Positions 51,251-60,537 of a stretch of 64,000 nucleotides of DNA are shown here, piece by piece. The position numbers and the translations under genes are program-made. A model generated the notes under the pieces. The model had not been told where the DNA came from. It worked only from the letters and a program-made list of their open reading frames with translations, and did no database searches. This stretch comes from Candidatus Latescibacterota bacterium. Its GTDB lineage: Bacteria; Latescibacterota; UBA2968; SICM01. The DNA lies in contig CBDCJO010000002.1 of the NCBI GenBank assembly GCA_965217865.1, forward strand, positions 1,280,001 to 1,344,000, in the 5' to 3' direction. The first letter of the stretch is position 1. Each line of letters begins with the position of its first letter.

Positions 51251-52772
51251 CCCCGGACTTCTCGGCGATCTCCCGCCCTTCTTCCGGCCTCATGAGAGGG
51301 AAGAGAATCACGTCACGAATGGAGGGAGAGTCGGTCAATAACATAACCAACCGGTCGATCCCGATCCCAAGTCCCCCGGTGGGTGGCATGCCGTGTTCGA
51401 GGGCCCTGACATAGTCTTCGTCCAGAACCTGCGCTTCTTCGTCTCCGATCGCCCTCAACGCCATCTGAGCTTCGAATCGAGACCGTTGTTCAAACGGGTC
51501 ATTTAATTCCGAAAAAGCGTTTCCTCTCTCCCCCGCGGCGATGAATGGTTCAAACCGTTCTGTGAGTGTCGGGTCGTCGCGATGCCTTTTTGCAAGTGGT
51601 GAGGTCTCAACAGGATAGTCCTTGATGATCGTTGGCTGGACAAGGTGGTCAACCACACAGGCGTCGAAGATCCCATCGATCAATTTCCCCCGGTTCATCC
51701 CAACCTTATCCTCCACCCCAAGTCGCTTGCACGCGGTGCGAAGTTCATCATCCGACGATGCCTTCACATCGATCTTACCATACTCCCATATGGCGTCCAG
51801 CATCGACAACCGCCGCCAGGGAGGCGTCAGGTCGATCTGTTGACCCTGATAAGAGATGATCTTGGTTCCGTTTACCTCTTCGGCTGCTGCGGAGATCATA
51901 TCCTCAGCAATCCCCATCATGTCATGATAATCGGCATTCGCCTGATAAAGCTCCAGGAGCGTGAATTCAGGGTTGTGGGACCGGTCGATCCCCTCATTTC
52001 GAAAAACCTTCGAGAATTCGTAGACCTTCTCAAACCCACCGACGATTAACCTTTTGAGATAGAGCTCATTGGAGATCCGGAGGTAGAGGGGCATTCCAAG
52101 AGCATTATGAAAGGATTTGAACGGTTTCGCGGAGGCCCCACCGTAGATCGGTTGAAGCACAGGGGTGTCGACCTCCAGGAAACCCCTCTCATCCAGGAAA
52201 CGGCGGAGGGAGGAGACGATCCGCGTGCGCTTTCTAAAAATTTCCCTCACTTCCGGGTTCAACTGAAGGTCTAGATATCGATAACGGTACCTTTTCTCCT
52301 TGTCCGAGAACGCATCGAAAACCACCCGCTTACCATTCTCGGTGCGCTCCTTGGGGATCGGCGGAGGACGCAGGGATTTTGTCTGGATTTCCAATTTCTC
52401 AACACCGAGGGTCATCTCCCCCATCCGAGTTCGGAAAACCTTCCCCGAAACCCCCACGATGTCTCCCAGGTCCAAAAGACCCCACAACTCGAACTGCTCG
52501 TCTCCGACAACATCCAGGCGAACCTGGATCTGCAACCGTCCATCCTCGTCCCAAAGATCCCCGAACGCCGCCTTCCCGTGGCCTCGAACAGCCATCAAAC
52601 GGCCTGAGCAGGCCACACCCTCTTTCGATGCCTCCAGTGTCTCGAATTGTTCTTTGACATCTCCTGATCTATGGGTTACTTCAAACCTGTAGGGATACGG
52701 GTTGATATCTTTCTGTCGAATTTTTTCGAGTTTCTGCTTCCTCTGAGCAAAAAGCGGATTTTCGGAAGCCAA
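51231..52772 (-). CDS. lysS: Lysine--tRNA ligase (class II)
   Basis: RYLDL, GGASAKPF, FRNEG, HNPEF and GMPPTGGLGIGIDR. Confidence 0.97.
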   Translation of the reverse strand: MASENPLFAQRKQKLEKIRQKDINPYPYRFEVTHRSGDVKEQFETLEASKEGVACSGRLMAVRGHGKAAFGDLWDEDGRLQIQVRLDVVGDEQFELWGLLDLGDIVGVSGKVFRTRMGEMTLGVEKLEIQTKSLRPPPIPKERTENGKRVVFDAFSDKEKRYRYRYLDLQLNPEVREIFRKRTRIVSSLRRFLDERGFLEVDTPVLQPIYGGASAKPFKSFHNALGMPLYLRISNELYLKRLIVGGFEKVYEFSKVFRNEGIDRSHNPEFTLLELYQANADYHDMMGIAEDMISAAAEEVNGTKIISYQGQQIDLTPPWRRLSMLDAIWEYGKIDVKASSDDELRTACKRLGVEDKVGMNRGKLIDGIFDACVVDHLVQPTIIKDYPVETSPLAKRHRDDPTLTERFEPFIAAGERGNAFSELNDPFEQRSRFEAQMALRAIGDEEAQVLDEDYVRALEHGMPPTGGLGIGIDRLVMLLTDSPSIRDVILFPLMRPEEGREIAEKSGDDRSDA

Positions 52773-52893
52773 CAGGGTCTCCTGATAACCAAGGTATTCG
52801 GGATTGATACGTGGGGAAAGATTCGGCGAGGTGTCAATTATGAAGATCGCTTGAAAAGACTGATCATCAAAATTGACAAGCGGTTGCGAAAAA

Positions 52894-52922
52894 AATATAC
52901 AACATCCCTATGAATCTGTCAA
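52894..52922 (-). promoter_or_regulatory. Sigma70-type promoter for the lysS operon
   Basis: Minus-strand TTGACA-N17-TATATT. Confidence 0.6.
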
Positions 52923-52970
52923 GATTTACATATTTTGGATTTCCGCCACCGGGATCCCCTTTTTAAAGGG

Positions 52971-52999
52971 TTGACAGACCACTACCTGCGGCTTAATAT
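52971..52999 (+). promoter_or_regulatory. Sigma70-type promoter, divergent from lysS
   Basis: TTGACA-N17-TAATAT. Confidence 0.6.
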
Positions 53000-53087
53000 T
53001 GCGACTTTGATCTACATGATGTGTGAAGTGATTGTTCGGTTCTGTGGTTTTCCTGAGTTGGCATTGGGGTGTTTGAGGACCCCGATC

Positions 53088-53408
53088 ATGTTCGAAAAAC
53101 CAATCCGAGAAAGAATCTACCAGACGGTCTCTTTAATTCCCGAGGGGACCGTGGCCACATACGGCCAGATCGCCGTCATTGCGGGCGGAGGCTTTGGTCC
53201 CAGACAGGTCGGGAGGGCCCTTGCGGAGATGCCCCGGAAAGTGAGTTGTCCGTGGCACCGGGTGATCAATGCACGGGGGGAGATCCCCCGCCGTAAAGGC
53301 TCAAAAACAGCTCATCTGCGTCAGCAGAGACGCCTGGAGAGGGAAGGGATTATCTTTAAAAGCGGTCGAGTGGATCTTCAAATCTACAGGTGGTACCCCC
53401 AAGTATAG
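53088..53408 (+). CDS. Alkyltransferase-like protein (MGMT family, PWHRV type)
   Basis: IPEGTVATYGQIA, RQVG and PWHRVIN. Confidence 0.9.
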   Translation: MFEKPIRERIYQTVSLIPEGTVATYGQIAVIAGGGFGPRQVGRALAEMPRKVSCPWHRVINARGEIPRRKGSKTAHLRQQRRLEREGIIFKSGRVDLQIYRWYPQV

Positions 53409-53491
53409 GAAAAAAACCGGTTCAAGACAATAAAGGTGCATCCGAAGCGATAACCCAATTTTTTCCAAAGTCTTATCGAAAGGCAAAAACT

Positions 53492-54634
53492 ATGAAGATC
53501 ACAGCCTTAAACACTTTCATAGCAAAATACAGAGGCCGACCGGGAGCCCTCGTCAAGGTGGAGACCGACGAAGGCCTTTACGGATGGGGAGAGGCCTACG
53601 GCAGCGGACCAGAGCTCTCGGTCAAACCCATCGTCGACTACATTTTCGAGATGATCAAGGGAGAGGACCCCCGGCGCATCGAGTACATCATGATGAAGCT
53701 GCACCAGCAATTCCGCTTTCCCCAGGGCGGACCCAGCCTGGCGGCCATCTCAGCGATCGATCATGCGCTATGGGATATCAGCGGAAAGGCGGCGGATCTC
53801 CCCGTCTATATGCTCCTCGGTGGGGCAGCCCGGGACCGGGTCCTCGTCTATCATGGTGTTGGAGGCGGGGACGGGGTGGAAATCGCGGAAAAAACCCGGC
53901 AGTTGAACGAGGAGTGGGGATTTACCGTCTTTAAAACCAGCCCTTACCGGCTGGAGCCCGACAACAATCGGTGGGGCCGAGTCTGCGCTGCTGCCGCCGC
54001 CTACTTCGAGGAGATCCGAAAGCACACGCCGGAAGACTGGGAGTTCGCCTTCGATCCGCACGCCAAGATCTTCGAGCCCATCCGGGGCCTGCAATTGGCG
54101 AATGCCCTCGCGCCATACGATCCATACTTCTACGAGGAGCCCATGCGGCCCGAGCACATCCCGGCCTGGTCGCGCCTCCGCTCCCAGATGAAGGTCCCTC
54201 TGGCCACGGGCGAGGACCTCTACACCCGGTTCCAGTTCCTCGACCTGATGGCAGCTCAGGGCGCGGACATCATCCAGCCCGACATCTGCATCTGCGGCGG
54301 CCTGCTCGAAATGCGCAAGATCGCTGCCATCGCCGAGGCGCATTACGTCAGCGTTGCGCCCCATAACCCGATGGGCCCAGTGGCCACGGCCGTCAATCTT
54401 CACTTCGCCGCGGCCACGTCCAACTTCAAGGTCCTGGAGTACGTCCTGCCGGAGCCCGGTCAATGGGAGGGCTGGCTGGATGATCCCTACCTGCCCAAGG
54501 ACGGGTATCTTGAGCTCCGGGACCGCCCAGGGCTCGGGGTGGATGTGAACGAAGAGGCCTTGAGCGAAGAAAACTATTTCCACTGGCAGCGCACCTGCCC
54601 GGTCCGACCGGACGGTTCGACGGGTTATATTTGA
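53492..54634 (+). CDS. Mandelate racemase/enolase superfamily dehydratase (DgoD-like)
   Basis: GWGE, AIDHALWDI, EEP, ATGE, QPD and APHNP. Confidence 0.9.
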   Translation: MKITALNTFIAKYRGRPGALVKVETDEGLYGWGEAYGSGPELSVKPIVDYIFEMIKGEDPRRIEYIMMKLHQQFRFPQGGPSLAAISAIDHALWDISGKAADLPVYMLLGGAARDRVLVYHGVGGGDGVEIAEKTRQLNEEWGFTVFKTSPYRLEPDNNRWGRVCAAAAAYFEEIRKHTPEDWEFAFDPHAKIFEPIRGLQLANALAPYDPYFYEEPMRPEHIPAWSRLRSQMKVPLATGEDLYTRFQFLDLMAAQGADIIQPDICICGGLLEMRKIAAIAEAHYVSVAPHNPMGPVATAVNLHFAAATSNFKVLEYVLPEPGQWEGWLDDPYLPKDGYLELRDRPGLGVDVNEEALSEENYFHWQRTCPVRPDGSTGYI

Positions 54635-54719
54635 GTGCGCAGGCTGCGTCCCAGCAGTCTTCACTTTTCAATTTTACTTTCCGATATCTTTCCCATCCCC
54701 CATCCCTCATCTTCATCCT

Positions 54720-55667
54720 TTATTTCAGGAAAGATTCGACCACTTTTCTCGCCGGCAGCGCCGTCATCCCCCCTTGTCTTGTGGCTGTGATCCCTCCTGC
54801 CGCATTGGCCAAACGAACTAGCCCGCGCAGAGTCGGTTCCTCCATATCTTCCGGGAGAAGGCTTGATTCCAGTATTCCAAGAATCAATCCCGCGAAAAAG
54901 GCGTCCCCGCAGCCCGTCGAGTCGACCTCCTCCACGCTGAACGCCGGTACATATCCTTCCGCCCTACCGTTACTGAAATACGCCCCTTCGGCCCCAAGGG
55001 TGACCAGGCAAAGCCTTGGCCCCTGATCCAGAATCCACTGACTCCCGGCCTTCAGGTCACGCGTTCCGGCCAACAATTCGAGCTCGACCTCATTCAGTTT
55101 ACAAACGGTTGCTCCCCGAACGCCTTCTAGAATTCCCTCCCGGGCGGCTTCAAGGCCGGGCCAGAGGCTCGGTCGCAGGTTGGCATCATAAGCCACAACA
55201 GAATGGGCCTGGTTTGCCCAGTTTGACCCCTGAAGGGCGGCTTCTTTTCCCTCGCCGGTCAACGTAACCGAGCCATACAGAAATACCTCGGCTGAGGCGA
55301 TATAGGATCTGTCAAGATCCTCGAACCTGAGTTTTGAATCCGCGGTGCGATAGATGGTGAACTCCTGTTCGCCCGTCGTCGGCGAGGCCACCAGGGCCAT
55401 CGTCGTGGGACTGCCCGTAACCTGACGAAAATGTGTGGTATCCACACCCTCGTTTTTTAAGAGTTCGACCAACATCAGACCGAAAGGATCATCTCCAACC
55501 CTTCCGATAAAACCCACATCAACACCGAGCCTTGAGAGCGCCACTGCGACATTTGCCGGAGCCCCTCCCGGGGCAGGGATAAACCGAAGAGCCTCCTTCA
55601 AAGAGACCCCGGCTGGCTCGGCGAACATATCTATGATCGCCTCGCCCAGACAAACCACTTTGGGCAT
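54720..55667 (-). CDS. PfkB family carbohydrate kinase (fructokinase-like)
   Basis: GGAPANVA, DANLR and DSTGCGDAF. Confidence 0.92.
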   Translation of the reverse strand: MPKVVCLGEAIIDMFAEPAGVSLKEALRFIPAPGGAPANVAVALSRLGVDVGFIGRVGDDPFGLMLVELLKNEGVDTTHFRQVTGSPTTMALVASPTTGEQEFTIYRTADSKLRFEDLDRSYIASAEVFLYGSVTLTGEGKEAALQGSNWANQAHSVVAYDANLRPSLWPGLEAAREGILEGVRGATVCKLNEVELELLAGTRDLKAGSQWILDQGPRLCLVTLGAEGAYFSNGRAEGYVPAFSVEEVDSTGCGDAFFAGLILGILESSLLPEDMEEPTLRGLVRLANAAGGITATRQGGMTALPARKVVESFLK

Positions 55668-55806
55668 AAAGCTTTCCTTCCGTCAAGAACAAGCAACAAA
55701 TGCTGAAAAATATTGCGACGGTTCGGACTTAAACAAAGAGCCATCTCAGGAGAAAGTGTATATAACTATATGATTAACAATGTGCTATGCACATTACACA
55801 TAATTA

Positions 55807-55822
55807 TGGCATAAATGTTGCA
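55807..55822 (+). promoter_or_regulatory. Sigma54 (-24/-12) promoter
   Basis: TGGCATAAATGTTGCA with exact GG-N10-GC spacing, in an AT-rich intergenic region. Confidence 0.75.
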
Positions 55823-55896
55823 TAATAATTTTGTCAAAGACAACCCGGTATGTTACGCCTTTGAACGTTTTTCCACTACATGACTGGAGTCATACG

Positions 55897-56076
55897 ATGA
55901 AATCCCAAACGAAAACCCTCGTGCTTCCGGATAATCGGGGCAACCTGTTCGTCAACCTGATCACAGCCCTGGCCTTTCTGACGATCGGTTACGGTATCTT
56001 TAAGATGGAATTCGACCTCTACGTCCCGACTGAAAGCCAGGGAGCTGAAACCATTACGGCAGGCATCAGGGGCTAA
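55897..56076 (+). CDS. 59-aa single-TM small protein
   Basis: GGAG RBS, ATG 55897, one hydrophobic segment LFVNLITALAFLTIGYGIF; own promoter and terminator. Confidence 0.65.
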   Translation: MKSQTKTLVLPDNRGNLFVNLITALAFLTIGYGIFKMEFDLYVPTESQGAETITAGIRG

Positions 56077-56097
56077 CCCGGTCGTCGACACAAACCA

Positions 56098-56130
56098 GGG
56101 GTGTATCGCAAGTCGATACACCCCTTTTTT
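56098..56130 (+). terminator. Intrinsic terminator
   Basis: GGGGTGTATCG-CAAGT-CGATACACCCC-TTTTTT. Confidence 0.88.
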
Positions 56131-56268
56131 ATGGCCTAAAAGAAATCCCTCCAATCCCCTGTCATCACCTCCCTTTCAATGGCTCCAAACATCGATTATA
56201 ATATTCTTTCAATCCGGTTTCTTTGATTGCGCCATCTCAATATAATATTTAAATTGGAAATTCCCCTT

Positions 56269-57168
56269 TCAATTTAAATATCCGAACGCTTTCAAGTCTC
56301 CGTCCTTCTTCCGCCAATTTTCCCGGACCTTTACCCACAGATCGAGATAGACCGGGCGGTCGAGGAATTTTTGTATACGGCGCCGGGCTTCGGTACCGAT
56401 GCTTTTGAGCATCTTCCCGTTTGCCCCAATGACAATCCCCTTCTGTGAACCCTTCTCCACACAGACATTGGCACGCACGTAAGTCTTGGCCTCACGCTCC
56501 TTGAATTCCTCCACAGTGATCGCAGTCGCGTAAGGAACCTCATCTCTAAGAATGTCGAAAACCACCTCCCGGATCAATTCGGACACAAAAAACCGTTCGG
56601 GCTGATCCGTCAGAACCTCGTCCGGATACAGTCTAGGGCCGAAAGGAAGGCCTTCTTCGATTTGGTTTAACAGATCTTCGACACCTTGACCCGTCAGCCC
56701 TGAGATCGGCAGGACCTGATCGTGGCCAACCGCTTCCCGGACACGAGAGATTCCGGTTTCGATACGAACTGCCGAACTCAGGTCGATCTTGTTCAAGGAG
56801 ATGATAACCCGCCCCTTCGCCCCATTCAGTGTACTCTTGAAATCATCGTCCAAGTCCGAATCCAGGGTTTGAACGTCCAGTAGGCCCAAGACGACATCAG
56901 CCTCCCTGAGTCGGCGGGTCACGTGCGTTCGCATGATCTCCTGGAGGCGATACCGCGGGTCCAGAAGCCCCGGGGTATCCCAGAAAACGACCTGCGCGTT
57001 CGGCCGGTTGACGATGCCCAGAAGGGGAATGCGTGTGGTCTGCGGTTTGGGTGTAATGATGGCCAGACGTTCGCCGACAAGGGTGTTGAAAAGGGTCGAC
57101 TTTCCGGCGTTGGGCTTTCCGACAATGGCAACGCCCCCGGAGCGGAAACATTTCTCATTGGACGACAT
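56269..57168 (-). CDS. era: GTPase Era
   Basis: GKPNAGKST, KPQTTR, DTPG, NKID and a KH domain (GIVIG..G); start at ATG 57168. Confidence 0.95.
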   Translation of the reverse strand: MSSNEKCFRSGGVAIVGKPNAGKSTLFNTLVGERLAIITPKPQTTRIPLLGIVNRPNAQVVFWDTPGLLDPRYRLQEIMRTHVTRRLREADVVLGLLDVQTLDSDLDDDFKSTLNGAKGRVIISLNKIDLSSAVRIETGISRVREAVGHDQVLPISGLTGQGVEDLLNQIEEGLPFGPRLYPDEVLTDQPERFFVSELIREVVFDILRDEVPYATAITVEEFKEREAKTYVRANVCVEKGSQKGIVIGANGKMLKSIGTEARRRIQKFLDRPVYLDLWVKVRENWRKKDGDLKAFGYLN

Positions 57169-57172
57169 ATCT

Positions 57173-58204
57173 TCAGAACTGCGCCGTTGCCGAAACTCTG
57201 TAGCTGTTGTTAAGGTCCCCGTGAGATAAAAATGCGAGGTCCACCCCGAAACGTCTGTAGAACCGCACACCGCCTCCGGCCGTGAAACGGCGCTCCTGGG
57301 CCCCGAGACGGAGGGAGACCAGCTCCCGATATGAGTACTCGATGCCGAAGTTGAACCTCCGCCCATCCTCGATACTCACCGCATCGCGGCCAATGCTGGC
57401 GCTGAAACTACCCATGATGCGACCCTTGACGAAGGTTGGATGATAGGTATAGGCCGCACCGATCAGTGCGGTGGGATTAATCTTATCCGTTGCTGCGCTT
57501 GAATAAGTGATTCGACTCTCCGTGAGATCTCGAACGACAAGCCCGACCGTCAGACCTGGGGTGACCTCCCCGAGGAAACCCAGGTCGAGGCCGTAACCGA
57601 AACCCGTGCCCGAACCGGTTTTGCGGCGGATTAATTTTACGCTGCCACCAATTGCGAATAGTTTCCGGATCGGATGGGCGTAAGATAAATGGACGGCATA
57701 ATCAGCCGAGCTCACATCTCCCACCCGAACCGGTCGATTGTCCGAACCAATGGGCCGGTTTGGATCCTCCAGGACGGTTATCGGGATGTTGTCGACCCCT
57801 ACCCGAAGAAGACTGAACCCGACGCTGCCAACATCCTGAACCGTTGTGCCGAAATTGACCTGATCGTGTGCGACCAGACCTCCAAACAGTTCTGCGTGTT
57901 GGGCGTGGACCTCACGGCCGCGGATTCGAGTTAATCCCGCTGGATTCCAGGTGCCTGCGGTTGCATCGTCGCTCACCGCGACGAAAGCGCCTCCCATTCC
58001 CAACGCCCTCGCCCCGGAACCCAGGTGGAGAAATTCCCCCGCGAACTTGGCACGCGCGTACGCTGCATCAGTGCCGGTAAAACATAATGCCAGGATCAAA
58101 AGATGTGGGATGAACCTTCGAATCCTGCCTTCATCCCTTTCTCCGATTCCCACCCCTTTCCAATTATCCCGAGGAGCCCTGTTAAGGGCGGTTCGAGGTA
58201 TCAT
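57173..58204 (-). CDS. PorV/PorQ-like (UPF0164) outer-membrane beta-barrel
   Basis: GARALGMGGAFVAVSDDATA..WNPAGL, amphipathic strands and a C-terminal Phe. Confidence 0.8.
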   Translation of the reverse strand: MIPRTALNRAPRDNWKGVGIGERDEGRIRRFIPHLLILALCFTGTDAAYARAKFAGEFLHLGSGARALGMGGAFVAVSDDATAGTWNPAGLTRIRGREVHAQHAELFGGLVAHDQVNFGTTVQDVGSVGFSLLRVGVDNIPITVLEDPNRPIGSDNRPVRVGDVSSADYAVHLSYAHPIRKLFAIGGSVKLIRRKTGSGTGFGYGLDLGFLGEVTPGLTVGLVVRDLTESRITYSSAATDKINPTALIGAAYTYHPTFVKGRIMGSFSASIGRDAVSIEDGRRFNFGIEYSYRELVSLRLGAQERRFTAGGGVRFYRRFGVDLAFLSHGDLNNSYRVSATAQF

Positions 58205-58348
58205 CCTTCATCCTTGGTTCTTCTAACCTCCCGCCCAGAGAGACCAAATCCACTGTCAATCATTTGAGCGCTGAACTTTTACAACAACTTAACAACCCCC
58301 CCAAGATTTGTCAAGGTGTACGAGATCCAAGAGTGTTAAGGAGGCAGC

Positions 58349-59326
58349 ATGTATTCCAGGATCGCTGATGAGACACTGAAATCGGGCGAGCTGATGGAGG
58401 TTGGGGTGGTCTTGGGTCCCGACAATAACCACTCGGAAAAAATCAAACCCTTCCTCTCACACAAGCCGGGAGTCTGGGGGTGGCACATCGAAAAATCCCT
58501 CAAAGAAGGTCTGGACGGACTCGAAACCAGGTATTATATCGGAATGTTGGACGGCGCCATCATCAGCAGCATAATGACCGTTGAAAGCCATCAAACCGGG
58601 ATCCTCGCTCACGTCTTCACCAATCCGGACCAGAGACGGAAAGGGGCATGTGACCACCTCATGCGACACCTGATGGCAGACTTTCGCACACGCGGGGGAG
58701 GTCAGCTCGTCCTCGGAACAGGTTTCGATTCGCCGCCGTACTGGATATACCACAAATATGGATTCCGATGCCTCTACCCGGGGACGGGTGACATGCGATA
58801 CGCGACCGAGACGGATTTCGACCTCCGGCACTTCACGTGTGAAACCTCCAGGGTCATTGAGCTCGGCTGGAAGGACTGGCCTCGCTTGAACGCCCTCTGC
58901 GCAGCCCCCGGTCAGGATATCGTTCGGGGGGTTTCCTGGGGAATCATCGGGCAGATCAACTTCGAGGGGGGGTTCCTGGACATGAAGCGGGCATTGGAAA
59001 CCGATGAGGGGACCCAGGCGCGATTGCTGGAGTCTGAAAACGGATCTGTTGTGGGCTTCGCCTCTGTGTCTCCCGACCGACGCTGGGGAGGCGATACTTT
59101 CATCCTCGACTGCTTCTCACACAGCAACTACAACGGAGAACTGGGTCGGCTGCTGGAGGCGTTTCAGCTGCCCTCGGGAAAAATTCAGGCCTATGCCGAT
59201 GCGGATGGAAAGGACAAGATCCAGACCCTTCAAGAAGCGGGGTTCGAGCTGGAGGCTACGCTGGAGAGACAGATGATGTGGCGGGGGGAACGTCTGGACG
59301 TGCTGCTGATGAGCAGGTTCGGTTGA
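58349..59326 (+). CDS. Tandem GNAT-family N-acetyltransferase
   Basis: VFTNPDQRRKGA, YHKYGF and AGFELEA; AGGAGG RBS. Confidence 0.8.
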   Translation: MYSRIADETLKSGELMEVGVVLGPDNNHSEKIKPFLSHKPGVWGWHIEKSLKEGLDGLETRYYIGMLDGAIISSIMTVESHQTGILAHVFTNPDQRRKGACDHLMRHLMADFRTRGGGQLVLGTGFDSPPYWIYHKYGFRCLYPGTGDMRYATETDFDLRHFTCETSRVIELGWKDWPRLNALCAAPGQDIVRGVSWGIIGQINFEGGFLDMKRALETDEGTQARLLESENGSVVGFASVSPDRRWGGDTFILDCFSHSNYNGELGRLLEAFQLPSGKIQAYADADGKDKIQTLQEAGFELEATLERQMMWRGERLDVLLMSRFG

Positions 59327-60537
59327 GGCCGGAAGGAAACACTGTCAGCCATCGGTCGACCGGGGTAGTTCATACGTCAAACCCTTTTCCGGGGCCAGGA
59401 CATCGATCCACGGATACTTTTCCCGAATCGCGCAGGTCATCCACCGGATCGATTCCGGTTCTCCGTGGACAAGAACAACACGTGACGGCGTTAACTCCTC
59501 GACCAACCGGAGAAGTTGCAGGCGATCCGCGTGGGCGGAAAAATGGAACCGCTCCACCTCGCACGCGACATCGATAAGCGCCTCGTCAAAACCAAAGGGG
59601 ACCCTGTCTCCAGGCTGCGAAGTCAGGATGCAATGTCCGGGGGCATCGGGATCCACGTACCCCACGAAGAAGATGGCATGCCTGGCGTCTGGAAGCATTT
59701 CGCAGGCGATCCGATGTGAAAGGGTGCCGCGCTCCATCATCCCCGATGAGACGACGATCACGCTCGGCCTTTTCAGGTGAACCCCCTCCGTCGGATCCCC
59801 TCTGGGAAGCTGTCGGATATCGAGCCGATCAATCACGAGACTTGGATCGCGACGCCTTGAACAACCCGCTGTTCGATCGTAAACCCGGGACACCGAGCAA
59901 CCAAGACCCGCCGTGAAGATCTCCACCTCGGGAATCCGTCCCTGGGACCGAAGCCGGTCTAGGGTGACCAGTATCTCCTGCGTCCGGCCCAGGGCGAACG
60001 CAGGGATGAGGACGCTCCCCCCCCCCGGACTATGACCTGGGTGATCCCCCTAGCCAGTCTTCGGACTTCATCATGCCTCCGCACCCCGACCGTCTCCGGG
60101 TTCGCAGCCAGGGTGGATTCAAGGATTAGCGTGTCGATGGGCCCATCGGGATAGACCGCACCTTTGAGGACCTCCTGATCCGACCGGGAGGTGTCCCCGG
60201 TGTAGAATACGGATTCGGAATCCCCGCTCAAAAGGATCCCGGCTGCACCCAGAATATGACCCGCATCGAAGAAACGGACCCTGATGTCAGAGGCGTTTGG
60301 CACCTGGGATTGGATCTGAAACTCCCGATCGCAGCTCATCCCGTGGAAACAATACGAGACCATCTCCACATCTTCGTGGGTGTATAACGGATATTCCCGA
60401 ACACCCAACTCCGAGTGCTGTCGCTCCATCACCCGCACCGTGCTGTGGAGCATCTCGGGAGCAAGCTCGTGCGAGGGTCGGGTCATATAAACCAGCGCGT
60501 GTGGATTCCTTCGGAGGGCGACGGGAAGGGCCCCTAC

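Noticed and set aside
55876-56154. 92-aa minus-strand ORF or type I toxin-antitoxin antisense partner
   Set aside because: It overlaps the better-supported plus-strand unit and has no convincing -35 element or minus-strand terminator.
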